Numbered from the stretch's first letter, positions 1 through 13,424 are shown. The stretch: DNA of 64,000 bases from Amoebidium appalachense (GCA_963693365.1 CAVNZM010000003.1:5980509-6044508), one strand, 5' to 3'. Numbers and translations: made by a program. The notes: generated by a model not told the origin, from the sequence alone.

Positions 1-673
1 ATCTCTGGTTATAGTTATGCTATTACTATCTTGTTTGTTGATCTGTGCTCTCTTTTCCTTTCTCTTTCTCCTTCCTTATTTTCTTTTCTTTCACTCCTTG
101 TCTTCATGTGTATAATCGTATTTCTTTTCTACTAATATATGTTAGGTAGATTTGTGTTACTTAATACGTGTTCATTGGACGGTAACACACTTAGGCTACA
201 CTTAGAATAGCATGTGTGTTTAGACTTCATTAATTCACTTTAGTTTTCATGTGTTGCCGGGCTTTAACCAATCATCAAGGTTAAGTGTGATATGTCTGAG
301 TCTTTGCAGTATGTCATAGGTTAGAACTTCCTTGATGATGACACGAGTTGATCTTAACTAGTGTCTGTGTCCTATCGTGTATGTCTCCGCGTACCGGATC
401 TCTCTGAAAGCAATTGGTTCTTAGTGATTGGTTTCTATTAGAGATAGATCTGATTTCCGACTGGTCGGAAATCATGTATGGATTGGACTTAGAGGAATTT
501 CATGTATTTATTCGAAGATCAGAATAAATTCAGTTCAGTCGTGTCTAAACATTGATGTCTGTTGTGTACACTGCTCCGATCGTTCCGTGTTTTGTTGTTG
601 TGTGTGTCTGTGGTGTTTTCACACTGCACCACTGTGTCTCTGCTTACATCCCAAATACTTATAGAAATTAACA
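1..673 (+). repeat. 5' LTR of element A (partial)
   Basis: Near-identical to the distal part of 2773-3697; ends ...TTAACA directly before the PBS. Confidence 0.9.
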
Positions 674-687
674 GGTTATGGGCCCAG
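674..687 (+). promoter_or_regulatory. Primer binding site, copia-type tRNA-iMet half-molecule
   Basis: GGTTATGGGCCCAG is the reverse complement of the iMet anticodon arm CTGGGCCCATAACC, as in Drosophila copia. Confidence 0.85.
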
Positions 688-2093
688 ATGCACGCTCCCT
701 ACACACACCTAGACCTAGCGATCGTTAAATTCCTGGTACACATCATAGCTGTGGTCAGCTCCTCATGCATCTTGGTGCTGAGGCTGTGTACATCCATCCC
801 TGGCGTCCCCTGCATCCATCTGTGCCTTTCTGCACACCCCGTCTCTGGCGCCTGCTGTTCCAGTTCCGTCCGTCCCCGTTCCCACCGTCTCCTAGCCTCT
901 CGGCTCGAGGCCTCCCCGGCGTCCGTCCGTAACCGGTCCCACGTGACTCCTCTTGACAAGATCTGACTCATCTTGACAAGAGCTTTTGTCACGCCTTGAC
1001 ACCCGTGACATCCTCGCAAGTTCAAATTCCAGCTTGCACTCCTTCCAGCTCCGTCCTGGTTTCGTTCCGTCACGCCAAACCGTCCTCCACCCTTGGTTCT
1101 GCAATCGCGCTCCAAGTTCCTTGACACTTCACCGACGTGGTCTCAACCGCGCCGCCCTGTCTACCCAGGCCTGAGGATCCTGCATCGAAATCCCATTCCA
1201 TCCGATTTCGAACCCCGTCGACCCGCATTCGAATATAATTTCACACCCCGTCAGCGTTCCAATCGACGATAATTTGACACCCCGTCTCGATCCGACTTGA
1301 CCATCATCCATCAAGTCCATCTGAAGTATCCAAATTCGGTACTTCTTTCCAGTCTACCGTGTTCCACCCCGTCCAAGCCCTTTGTGCTTCCCTCCTCCCT
1401 AGGAGTCCCGACCCTGAGTCCCTCCAGAACCGTTTACCGTGTCCAACCCCGGCTTCCTTCCAGGATTTCCAACCCTGTTTTCGGCCATGTCTCCCCTTAC
1501 CGTGCCGTCACTGTCAATGGCCCCCTCACATTCCATTGATCTGCCCTGCATTCCGGCAGCAGTTTCCCCCCATCACGTGGCCAACCTCGTCGAGATCCCA
1601 ACTACCACCAGCTCTGCACGGGCAACAGTTACCCCTGCAGCTATTTCCCCCCCATTACCACCCGACCCCGGCCAGCAAGACATGCTGCCAGGTCCAGTCG
1701 TTCCCATCCACGTTTCCAGCCAGCTTGCTGTGCTGCCTTCCCCCCGTTTCCAAAGCCCCTGCATCCGACCCAGTTAACCTCCTCCGTCCGGAATTACCTG
1801 CACTTGACCCTGCCTCCGTCGTGCCTCATCCCAACCCAAATTCCGTGAAGACCTACCCCCCTCCCTGTTCGGGCTTTCCCAGTCACCCCGAGCAGCAAGC
1901 ACCCTCGACGCCCCCCTCAGCGAATTCCAAACTACGACAAGTCTACTCCTCCTTGGTCATCAATCCCTCCACCGGTCGCCCCACCACGTGTGGCTACCCT
2001 CGACACACCGCATCCAAATGCCGTGACCCCCGTTGTCCTGTCTACCGTTTGCGTCCTCGATACCCCCCATCCCCTATCCTCCCCCCCCCAGCC

Positions 2094-2224
2094 TGAGTGG
2101 GGATGTTGTCGTCAACTACGTCGAGTCTGCCAACAACTTGGCTGACATCCTTACCAAGTCACTGCCGGGTCCCAGCCATGTCACTCACCGTGATCGACTC
2201 TGTATGCCCGACCTTGTGCAGTGA
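2094..2224 (+). pseudogene. C-terminal remnant of Copia RNase H
   Basis: SGDVVVNYVESANNLADILTKSLPGPSHVTHRD aligns by eye to SGDVVVTYVSSKDKVADIFTKPLPGPSHEQHRD at the end of the 34248-36068 pol ORF. Confidence 0.85.
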
Positions 2225-2772
2225 TCATCGTGTGGTCTTCTACTACACCTGGGGCCCTGGACAGCAGCTTCCTCTACACTGCTTCCCAGTTGGAACGTCT
2301 ACTACTACGATTCTGTATATGTATTTTTTTTTTTTTTTGCCTTAAGTGGGGTTTGTCCACTTTAAGGGTTCATCGATTAGCACAACACATATACACCTGA
2401 GGCTAGCCACCTTTGCGAATACTGGCCGACTCCCAGTCCCACTGAGTCACAACACATAGGTTAATGTTTCCACGGCTGGCTCCCGTTAATATATATATTA
2501 TACCTTCACCTGCATATTTTTTTTTTCCTTGGTTGTTTTCCTTCCTTTGCTGTTGTTCCCCCCCCCCCCCCCCCCCTCCCCCCTCCCCCCTTCCCCCCCC
2601 ACCCTCCCCCCCTTCTCCCCCCCCCCCCCCTTTCCCCCCCCCCCCTCCCCCCCCCCCCCCCCCCCGGAAAGAGTACACACTTTAATTTTTTTTCGTTTCT
2701 GTTCTCAAGTGGGGAGATTTCACTAGTTCAGTGGGGATATGATAACACAAACTTCAAAGTCTTAAGTGGGGA

Positions 2773-3697
2773 TGTTGTAATACGTAGTATTTACATATGG
2801 TAAGATCTTCTCAGTTTGTGTTATGTTTCAGTTCATATGCTTAGTGTAAATGCCACACTCCTATTATGTAAAGTGTAGCATCGATCTCCGATATGCTTGT
2901 ATACTTGTAATCGTGTTGTATCGGCTCTAATCGTGTATTGTAATATCGATTAGAATATTTATATGTGTGTACACGGATCCACCCACTCAGGGAGAGACGT
3001 GTACATGTTCGTGTGTACATAAATATCTCTGGTTATAGTTATGCTATTACTATCTTGTTTGTTGATCTGTGCTCTCTTTTCCTTTCTCTTTCTCCTTCCT
3101 TATTTTCTTTTCTTTCTCTCCTTGTCTTCATGTGTATAATCGTATTTCTTTTCTACTAATATATGTTAGGTAGATTTGTGTTACTTAATACGTGTTCATT
3201 GGACGGTAACACACTTAGGCTACACTTAGAATAGCATGTGTGTTTAGACTTCATTAATTCACTTTAGTTTTCATGTGTTGCCGGGCTTTAACCAATCATC
3301 AAGGTTAAGTGTGATATGTCTGAGTCTTTGCAGTATGTCATAGGTTAGAACTTCCTTGATGATGACACGAGTTGATCTTAACTAGTGTCTGTGTCCTATC
3401 GTGTATGTCTCCGCGTACCGGATCTCTCTGAAAGCAATTGGTTCTTAGTGATTGGTTTCTATTAGAGATAGATCTGATTTCCGACTGGTCGGAAATCATG
3501 TATGGATTGGACTTAGAGGAATTTCATGTATTTATTCGAAGATCAGAATAAATTCAGTTCAGTCGTGTCTAAACATTGATGTCTGTTGTGTACACTGCTC
3601 CGATCGTTCCGTGTTTTGTTGTTGTGTGTGTCTGTGGTGTTTTCACACTGCACCACTGTGTCTCTGCTTACATCCCAAATACTTATAGAAATAAACA
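2773..3697 (+). repeat. 3' LTR of element A (925 bp, TG...CA)
   Basis: Starts TGTTG after the PPT, ends ...ATAAACA; repeats 1-673. Confidence 0.9.
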
Positions 3698-5479
3698 AAT
3701 TCATATGCTTAGTATAAATGCCACATTCCTATTATGTAAAGTGTAGCATCGATCTCCGATATGCTTGACAATGTATACTTGTAATCGTGTTGTATCGGCT
3801 TTAATCGTGTATTGTAATATCGATTAGAATATTTATATGTGTGTACACGGATCCACCCACTCAGGAAGAGACGTGTACATGTTTGTGTGTATATAAATAT
3901 CTCTGGTTATAGTTATACTATTACTATCTTGTTTGTTGATCTGTGCTCTCTTTTCCTTTCTCTTTCTCCTTCCTTATTTTCTTTTCTTTCTCTCCTTGTT
4001 TTCATGTGTATAATCGTATTTCTTTTCTACTAATAGATGTTAGGTAGATTTGTGTTACTTAATATGTGTTGATTGGACGGTAACACACTTAGGCTACACT
4101 TAGAATAACATGTGTGATTAGACTTCATTAATTTACTTTAGTTTTCATGTGTTGCCGGGTTTTAACCAATCATCAAGGTTAAGTGTGATATGTCTGAGTC
4201 TTTGCAGTGTGTCATAGGTTAGAACTTCCTTGATGATGACACGAGTTGATCTTAACTAGTGTCTGTGTCCTATCGTGTACGTCTCCGCGTACCAGATCTC
4301 TCTGAAAGCAATTGGTTCTTAGTGATTGGTTTCTATTAGAGATAGATCTGATTTCCGACTGGTCGGAAATCATGTATGGATTAGACTTAGAGGAATTTCA
4401 GGTATTTATTCGAAGATCAAAATAAATTGAGTTTAGTCGTGTCTAAACATTGATGTCTGTTGTGTACACTGCTCCGATCGTTCCGTGTTTTGTTGTTGTG
4501 TGTCTGTGGTGTTTTCACACTGCACCACTGTGTCTCTGCTTACATCCCAAATACTTATATAATTTTACAGGTTATGCAGCTGTAAACAGTTGGACTAGTT
4601 AGGATAAGGCAGAGTACAACTGAATCAAAATAAAGACAGAGAACGGGTAGAAAGGCACACGCGGCCAGGTTGCTTTTACTATGGGCCGACTCAGTCTGTC
4701 TCAGACTTCACTGATGTGATCCCCGTACTGGGACGGCTTTCTTATATAGCCCCCAGGTTTCGGATCAAGGCCCAGATTTGGTTCATCCGCGGCCAGCGCG
4801 GGTGGCAACATGCCATTCGTGATTCTGGTGCGGTCCGAGCCAGTCAGACCTTTGTCCTATTTATGCAAACCTCTTATTGGTTCACTTCGTTTATGTGGTA
4901 TGCAGCTGAAGAACCATATATGGTTCAATTCTTAGGTCAGAGTGAGTCCTATTGGTGCGGACATAATATTTATGTGATATTCATGACAAAGCACGAATCG
5001 TGTGCTAGTAGATCACATTCTTTAGTAAACATGTACAGTTCATGTGTACAGTTGTTTACACTCCCCCCCTTGTCGGGAGCCTGGTGGTGTCGTTAGACAA
5101 GCAAACCACCAGGCTGAGAGGCGATAAACAACCTTCAGCGAGAATTCTTGTGTGTGCCGAGCTGCTGGACAGAACAGAGCAAGGACGGTGGAATAGAGTT
5201 GTGCATGTCTATGAGCACTTCTTCATTTGCCAAAACGTAAATTCATGCAGCATTCTTCTGTGATTTCATTTTCGTGGCGAAGATTGTTGCAGAGTGTGCG
5301 TGCGAATAATTCGCTAAGCCTTCGTCTCTGTGCTTGGCTTTTCTGTAGAAGTAGTATTTTCCTTTTTGGGAATTTTTCCTTTTTAGGATACTCCCGCAGA
5401 TTCGTTTTCAATTGCGAGTAATTTGGTTGTGTGGATGAATGATCATACCAAACATTCGATAATGAATATAACTCGAGCC

Positions 5480-5645
5480 TTAGGTCATTTCGTAGCTCAG
5501 GTAGTGGTGGATAGCTTCAAGGCTTAGCCGCTGCTCCTTATCCCGGTTCTACCTTAAGACTGTAAGGCGAGTCACCATGGCCGGAAAAGCCACTTCTTTC
5601 ATGAACAAAGAGCACTTCTTTCCTTTCAGCTTTAACCCTGCATCA
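5480..5645 (-). pseudogene. Gypsy-type reverse transcriptase C-terminal remnant
   Basis: Minus strand reads DAGLKLKGKKCSLFMKEVAF then a frameshifted GH, matching the Gypsy RT motif GLxLxxxKCxFxxxxVxFLGH; downstream is broken. Confidence 0.7.
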
Positions 5646-7682
5646 TCGGAGCTGGGAAAAACAGAATAAAAATGCCCAAGTGTTCTTCGTTGGGCGACAT
5701 AAAGAAATATATCACCCGTCAGAACCAGTAAAAGCCCGGTTCATAATTCATAAGAAGAGGGTAGGCAAAGCAAGCCTCCTTCAGAAAACACATGCTTCCA
5801 TTCGTGAGCAGTTTTCGTATCCCATTTGCCAGCCATTTTCGTTGAGCAGGGGGATTCCAGGCATAATACATTCTTCTGGAGGCTTGGCCTAAAAAGAAAA
5901 GTCGTCGGAGTCGCCCTTTCTTTTGTAAGCAACTTCGTGAGCGCGCTTCGTGTTTTCATATCCTCCAGTGCAGGTCTGGATGGTGCCCCATCCTCTGCTT
6001 CATTTGTAGGTGGCCCTACTGTAGGTTCTGTTCGTTGTGTGGAATACCAAAACCATTCGTATTCGTGGAACTGCTTTGTGCTGTGCTTTCTTTCGTGTTG
6101 GTGTTCATGAAGTTACCCCGTTCACACACCTACTACTTTCATACATCAGACGTAAGTAGCTGCCTGGGGGGTGTGTGGTTCGTGTTCGTGGCATTCTTCT
6201 GTTCCTTCGTGAGAAGAATATTCGTTTTAGCAGAGGTGCCCAATAAGGCAGCTTGTGGGGTTGTCTCCCGCATGTGCCCATTGGTGGGGTATGCACGTGC
6301 TAAATTGTTACAGTGTCATCATATTGCAAGGGAATAACATGGTCACCTCCGTACCAGGGCGTAGTAGGTACACATGATGGTCCGATGTGTTAGTCAACAA
6401 CACCTTGCATTCGTATTCGTATTCGTCTTCCACGTCACTTTCTTCAGTAGTGAAGGAGGGTATTCGTAATTCGAAACTGAAAGGCTTCCAGCCAAAATAC
6501 TGACTCAGGACACTGTATGCTGGGGTTGTGAGGGAACGGTGCCCATACCACATTCTTTTGTTCTGGTGGGGGTGTGCCGGCAGCTAGTGCAAGGCTTGAC
6601 AGTGTAATTGGTATGTTACACAGTATTGCCACAGACGGGCATTCACCTTAAAATTCGTACCCAACACCTTCTTTGTTTTTCACATGCATGAACAAAAGTT
6701 CTGCATCGACTTTATTACATGCCTTTTGTGCACCAAGAGTGCAAATTCGTTAGGGCGTGGCACCAGGAAGGGCCGCCATACATGAGGCATATGTTCGTAA
6801 TGTGTTTAGGCATGCCAGCATACATTCATGCGCATGTTGTGCATCCTGTGCGCTAAACTATGGGGCATGCTGTATTCGAAAACAGCAAGAAATTCGAAGC
6901 ATGCATGCAAAACTACTTTCACAGCACCTTATGTCCTCAATGCTATAGGAACAGCGACTATCTTCTTCTTTAAATGCATTCGTGCTGAAAGTGGCCGTGC
7001 ATCTGGCTTGCGAGTGTGGAGGTGCATGCGGTGGCATGGACACGATGACAGTGTGCAATAGCGCAATGCACGCAAGGGCAACGGTTTTATTTTCTTCCTA
7101 ACATAGAGGGGGCTGTGTGCATTGCAACCCAAGCAGTGTTGTGCATTCGTTCTTGCATTTTCGTATTTCCAGTTCATTTTGCTTTCGTTTTTCGTTTTTT
7201 GTCGTTTGATAAATTCGTTACTTCGTTTTGTTTTCGTGTTGCATTCATTTCGTATTTCCTCTATGCATTCGTTTGTCGTTCATTCTTTATTTCATTGTGT
7301 ATTCGTGATGGTTCGTTTTTCGTTGGTTCATTGCTTCGTTAGCAATTCTTTATTCGTTTGTTCGTGTATTCGTTGTTTCGTTGTGTATTCGTTTTTCTTC
7401 ACATTTTTGATGTGTCGTAGCAAAAGAAGTTTTACATGCTTTCAATTCTTTCCGTGTAGGTGGGCTGGCCACTTCAAACTTGTAGGTGTATATATTCTAA
7501 GCCGGACAAGGAAAGATGTGCCTATCATCGGGGTAAAAAGGATTGTGATCGGCCATGGGAGATTCTTGAGCTGATTGAAAGATGTGAGATTCTTGAACTG
7601 ATTGAAAGATGTGAGATTCGAAGGATGCGAGATTCTTGAACTGCGCGGTCGCCAATGTAAACAGTTGGCAATGTATAACAGT

Positions 7683-7700
7683 GTCCTGCCGCGGTCGCCA
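7683..7700 (-). promoter_or_regulatory. PBS complementary to a tRNA-Arg 3' end
   Basis: TGGCGACCGCGGCAGGAC lies 1 nt from the LTR. The plus strand GTCCTGCCGCGGTCGCCA matches the 3' end I recall for eukaryotic tRNA-Arg(TCG); host tRNA not checked. Confidence 0.75.
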
Positions 7701-8236
7701 ATGTAAACAGTTGGACTAGTTAGGATAAGGCAGAGTACAACTGAATCAAAATAAAGACAGAGAACGGGTAGAAAGGCACACGCGGCCAGGTTGCTTTTAC
7801 TATGGGCCGACTCAGTCTGTCTCAGACTTCACTGATGTGATCCCCGTACTGGGACGGCTTTCTTATATAGCCCCCAGGTTTCGGATCAAGGCCCAGGATT
7901 GGTTCATCCGCGGCCAGCGCGGGTGGCAACATGCCATTCGTGATTCTGGTGCGTCCGAGCCAGTCAGACCTTTGTCCTATTTATGCAAACCTCTTATTGG
8001 TTCACTTCGTTTATGTGGTATGCAGCTGAAGAACCATATATGGTTCAATTCTTAGGTCAGAGTGAGTCCTATTGGTGCGGACATAATATTTATGTGATAT
8101 TCATGACAAAGCACGAATCGTGTGCTAGTAGATCACATTCTTTAGTAAACATGTACAGTTCATGTGTACAGTTGTTTACAGCAGCCCTTTTGCACGCTCC
8201 CTACACACATCTAGAACTAGCGATCGTTTTTCAATC

Positions 8237-11200
8237 ATGGATCCAAACAAAACTGGTGTAAACAAAATAACCATGTGGAAAGGTGAAGGGAAGACTGGTC
8301 CTGATAGCAAAACCACCTATTTTCCGTGGGAAATCATTTTTCTCGGCATGATGACCGGCACTAAAGGTGTCCGACTCGTGGATGTTGTACTTGCTGACAA
8401 CTACGTCCCCCCTACCACCGTCGCGGTTGACGGTGAACCCCCCTTCTACGGCTACGGCACTACCGCGGAACTCAAGGAGGCCCGCAATTGCCTCCTGCTC
8501 CATATGATTCAGAACATCGACCCTTCCGTGCTCACCACCGTTGCCCAGTACCGCATTGGCATGGACCCTGAACGGGCCATGTGGAAATTCCGTCAACACT
8601 ACCTCCAAGGCAAACCCGATCAGATCCGCATCCTTCACCGTCAGTGGGATGCCTGTGTCGTATCCTAATGTATGTGTACTAGAGACGCGGCACTCTACTA
8701 AGTGTACACACACGAAAAGGAACGAACATGTACGGAAAAACGGTAAAGTTTATTCAGACCAGGCTCCGACGGGCAAACTTAGATCCGTACGGAATGAGTC
8801 TAAGTTACGACTGAGGCCATCAAGGCCGTGCCCTCAAAGATCATCATCACCTGGCCCCCTACGATGCCACATTCCATTAACATTCCGATCTACTTTTATC
8901 GTGCGCCTGCACGAGCTAAGTCGATGTACTCAACTAATATATTTATCCAAGTCTCACCCCTCACCCTCCCCCTAGTGGCACCGCAGAGTCTAAATCTACA
9001 TTTCATTCTATCCTCCCCCCCCCCTCCCTCCCCCCCTTTCCTCTACATCTACATATATAAATACGTTTGGCAACATACACTATCTAACCTTGCCAATACT
9101 TACAAAAGGGCTTCTGCCCGAACAATCACATTCCTAAGTCCTCCTACGATCTATCCTACACACTAATTAGAATTCTATTGGACGGCTGTCCCGGCTGACG
9201 TGGTCCAATGCCCTGCGCCGGCAGAGGCAAGATGCACGCAGCTGTACAGCTATCTTGAGGCCCCGGACTTGATCTTGATGATCTGTGGACCCGGGCCACC
9301 CCCCCCCCCCCCCCCGATCTCGATCGTAGACTTAGGCTGATCTGCTGAGACGGATTAGTATATGTCAGCCTGTGCCCTTCAGCCCGGTGAATCCTTCACC
9401 ACCTACCTGAGTTGTCTGCAGACCATCGTGAACCAGCTCCAGTCCCTCCAAGATGAGTCCATTCACTTCACTCGTCTAGCTGAGAAGTTCTTCAATGAAC
9501 TCACCACCAGAGACGACCTCACCCCTGAGTTCAACCGTCTTATCGAAGACTATCACTTCGGTAATAAGCTATTCCCAGACTTCGAGTCCCTGCACAACCA
9601 CGTCAAAGGCATCGAGCTACGTCAAGACCTCAAGATGCAACTCCGTAACAACCGTGCCCACCGTGCCTCCAAGTCCAGCATGGCATTAAATGCCAGTGCT
9701 CCCCCCCGTGATCTTCCCCGCCGTGACTTACGCAACCGACTTGACCGTACCCCTGGCACGGACCTCCGAACTCGTCTCTCCCGTCAGCACACCCGATCCC
9801 GTTCCCCCCACCGGCCTGCCTTCTGGTCCATGTCTCGTTCCCCCAGTCGTTCCCGTTTCTCGGGTTCCCGTCGTTCTGATTCCCCGGCTTGTTCTAACAT
9901 CCCGTCCGTGAATGCATGCTCCTACTGCCACGAGCCTGATCACAAGATCATCGATCACCGAGCCGAGCCGAAATGCCGTATGTCCAGATACAACCGTTCC
10001 CGTCAAGGCAGTGACAAATCTGTCTCCTTTGCTTTCTCTGCATACAATGCTAGCTCCGTCCCCGTGTCCTCCGACCCTGCCTGGGATTCCGGGTGCAACA
10101 TGACTGTCTGCCCCACCCGTGAGTTCTTCCATGATCTCACTCCCCTTCCGACACCGACTCCCGTTGCTGCCTTTGAATGGGACCCCCGTCTTGGCCACCC
10201 ACACCGGCCATATCGTCATCAACACCACCACCGACCATGGCACTGCCACCCTTACCATTGAGGCCTACTACACACCGTCTGGCCAAGCCTTCCTCATCTC
10301 CACATCCCAAGCAGCTGCCGAATACATCAAGGGTGATTTGAATGATGCCTCCACTCCGTCATTCCTCTTCGACCGACTCACAGGCCGTCACCTCGTCAAC
10401 CTCCGTCTACACAACGGTCTTTATTACTTCAAGGACTACACCATTCAACCACCCACTCGTCCTATGGCTCTGGCTGCCACTACCAGTGTTAACCCATCCA
10501 TCTGGCACCATCGTCTGGGGCACCGTGCTATGACCAGCATCAAGGACATGGTGAAACACGACCTTGTTATTGGCCTCCCCTCGTCTGTCCTCGACTGTGA
10601 TGTTCCTGATTGTCATGGCTGCATTATGGGTAAAACCACCAAGGCTCCGTTCAAGGGTGACCGTCCTCACTCCAACATTCCCGGTCATGAATGGCATTGG
10701 GATTTTTTTGAGCCTACCACAACATCGTACGGAGGTTCCAAGGTTGCTCTCGTCACTGTCTGCCGTGCCTCCGGACTCGTCAAGATATACCCGATGACCG
10801 ACCGTACAACCACCCTGGACATTATCACAGCTCACACCAACCTCGTTGCTACCCACTGGCATGCCTGTCCCTCCAAAGTTGGTGTCTACCACTTCGACTC
10901 CGGCTCTGAGTTCACCTCCCAGGCTACCCGTGCTTTTTGCCTCTCCCAGGGCATCAAGGCCAGTTATGCTCCGGTGGACTGCCCTCAACTGAACGGCTAT
11001 GTTGAACGTCGTATGCGGTTCCTCCAAGAGATTGTTCGTTGCCTCCTCCATCAAGTTCAAGATCAGTCTCTGTCCCCCAAACTGTGGGCTGAGGCCCTCC
11101 AACATGCTGCCTACATCATCAACGTCACCCCGTCCACGGCTGCCAATGGTCGTACTCCATTCGAGGTCTTCTATGGTGTCAAGCCCGACATCTCCGAGCT

Positions 11201-11486
11201 CAAAGTGTTCGGTTGCCCTGCCTACACTCATGTGCCAGCCTCTAAACGGAACAAGCTGGCCCCCACCGTCAAACTCGGCATGTATATCGGCTATGATCTT
11301 CAATCACATTGCCACCGAATCTTCAACCCCACCACCCATCGTGTCGGCCTCTTCCGTGATGTGATTTTCGACGAATCAGCTTATCTCCCGTCCGACATCC
11401 CATCAACACTTCCGACCCCCATCAGCAATCTCCCCCCCCCTCGTAACCCCACCGAAGACCTCGTCGATGGGTTGGCACTGGTTTAG
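8237..11486 (+). pseudogene. Copia B gag-pol (Gag, protease, integrase), interrupted and truncated
   Basis: MDPNKTG start; reading frame DAC|ALQ is restored on removing 8656-9372. Knuckle CSYCHEPDH, protease WDSGC, WHHRLGH/CHGC, integrase FDSGSEF and PQLNGYVER, LKVFGC. Frameshift near 10175. Confidence 0.9.
8656..9367. mobile_element. Solo LTR (712 bp) of a further family inserted in gag
   Basis: TGTCGTAT...ATATGTCA termini; 5-bp TSD GCCTG at 8651-8655 and 9368-9372. Confidence 0.8.
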
Positions 11487-13050
11487 GACTGTCTAATGGA
11501 TGGGTTTACGCTATATGAAGGAAAAACCTCCAAACCCGTCGACGATGTCGTAGACCGTCGGCGGAGTGGTTTACGACCCCTTTAGGGATGACCGACAGTA
11601 TTGGGACAGCCCAATGTATAACCCTAACCACACCTATGGATGGGTTTACAGCAACCACAACTTTTGTGCTACTCCTAACCCCATACATTGGATGTACACT
11701 GCATGTCGTGCACACCTCCGGATTACGACATCATAAGATGGTCTTGCTGCACCCCCTCGGAAGACTGTCTTAAGACGTCGGAAACAACTGTCGAATGGAT
11801 GGGTTTACAATATCCATATGATTGTCCTCGACAACCATTAGATGTCGTAAACCCCCCCAGAGTACGACATCGTAACATGGTCTTGCGAGACCCAACGTAA
11901 GACTGTCAATAGACGTCTGAAAACCCGCCTAATGGATTGGTTTACAGTATCCATTTGAAGGTCCACGATACACTGTGTATGTCGTAAACACCTGCAAATT
12001 ACGACATCGTAAGATGATATTATGGTGGTACTCCTAACCCCATTTATTGGATGTACACTGTATGTCGTGCACACCTCCGGATTACGACATCATAAGATGG
12101 TCTTGCTGCACCCCCACGGAAGACTGTCTTACGACGTCGGACACAACTGTCGAATGGATGGGTTTACAATCATTGATATCCATATGATTGTCCTCGACAA
12201 CCTAATTTAGTTGTCATAAACCCCCCCAGAGTACGACATCGTAACATGCTCTTGCGACACCCAACGTAAGACTGTCAATAGACGTCTGAAACCCCGCCGG
12301 ATGGATTGGTTTACAGTATCCATTTGAAGGTCCACGATACACTGTGTATGTCGTAAACACCTGCTCATTACGACATCGTAAGATGATATTATGGTGGTAC
12401 TCCTAACCCCATACATTGGATGTACGTGGCACTGTATGTCATGCACACCTCCGGATTACGACATCATAAGATGGTCTTGCTGCACCCCCTCGGAAGACTG
12501 TCTTAAGACATCGGAAACAACTGTCGAATGGATGGGTTTACAATATCCATATGAATGTCCTCGACAACCATTAGTTGTCGTAAACCCCCCCCCAGTACGA
12601 CATCGTAACATGCTCTTGCGACACCCAACGTAAGACTGTCAATGGACGTCTGAAAACCCGCCTAATGGATTGGTTTACATCTCGTGCACACCTCCGGATT
12701 ACGACATCATAAGATGGTCTTGCTGCACCCCTTCGGAAGACTGTCTTAAGACGTCGGAAACAACTGTCGAATGGATGGGTTTACAATATCCATATGAATG
12801 TCCTCGAAAACCATTAGTTCCCAGAGTGCGACATCGTAACATGCTCGGGCGACACCCAACGTAAGACTGTCAATGGACGTCTGAAAACCTGCCTAATGGA
12901 TTGGTTTACAGTATCCATTTGAAGGTCCACGACACACCATGTATGTCGTAAACACCTGCAAATTACGACATCGTTAGATGATATTATGATGCCCCATCGT
13001 AAGACTGTCATTAGACGTCTGAAAACCCCGCCTGATGGATGGGTTTACCA
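11480..13050. repeat. Tandem repeat with ~360-370 bp unit (about 3.5 copies)
   Basis: CTCCTAACCCCAT recurs near 11672, 12031 and 12400, with a partial unit near 12680; internal GATGGGTTTAC/GATTGGTTTAC submotif. Confidence 0.85.
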
Positions 13051-13424
13051 TATCGATAGGAAGGTCATGGCAGGCCATGTTGAAATCACATAAATTAGCA
13101 CTGGTAGTAAAAAACCAAGGCTTCTGAGTGTACATTTTAATTGAGCATCTGGAGGGGCTGCTGTATAGCTATATGATACCACTATCATTAGGCAGATATG
13201 TGTAATATAGGTGTTAATAATTTTCTTGTAAAATTGTAAATAATAACTGGTGGCACGGCCTTCTGGATACATATAACCGTTATGGATATTTTATGGGGGT
13301 TTCGTGGGAATGCTGGCATACTTAAAAGAGAATACATAAGAGAACGAATCGGATGCTGAGGGGGTACAACAACTAGCAGAGTTTGTGGGTGCCTGGAACG
13401 GCAGGGGATTATAGTAGGGATAAT

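Larger units (their letters stand above)
1..3697 (+). mobile_element. Non-autonomous Ty1/Copia LTR element (element A), 5' end outside the window
   Basis: 1-673 repeats at 3024-3697. PBS GGTTATGGGCCCAG follows the first LTR; PPT AAGTGGGGA precedes TGTTGTAA at 2773. The ~2.1 kb interior has no intact pol, only knuckle-like and RNase H remnants. Confidence 0.9.
4581..8180 (-). mobile_element. Degenerate, non-autonomous Ty3/Gypsy-like LTR element C
   Basis: Near-identical ~480 bp LTRs 4581-5060 and 7702-8180 (TGTAAAC...GTTTACA), TSD GCAGC (4576-4580, 8181-8185), minus-strand PPT at 5061-5071 and PBS at 7683-7700, Gypsy-type RT remnant. Confidence 0.88.
3698..11466 (+). mobile_element. 3'-truncated Ty1/Copia element B (same LTR family as A), host of nested insertions
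   Basis: Third LTR copy 3698-4569 lacks its first ~60 bp, consistent with A inserting there. PBS split at 4580/8181, leader homologous to A, gag-protease-integrase present. RT/RNase H/3' LTR absent; satellite begins at ~11470. Confidence 0.85.
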
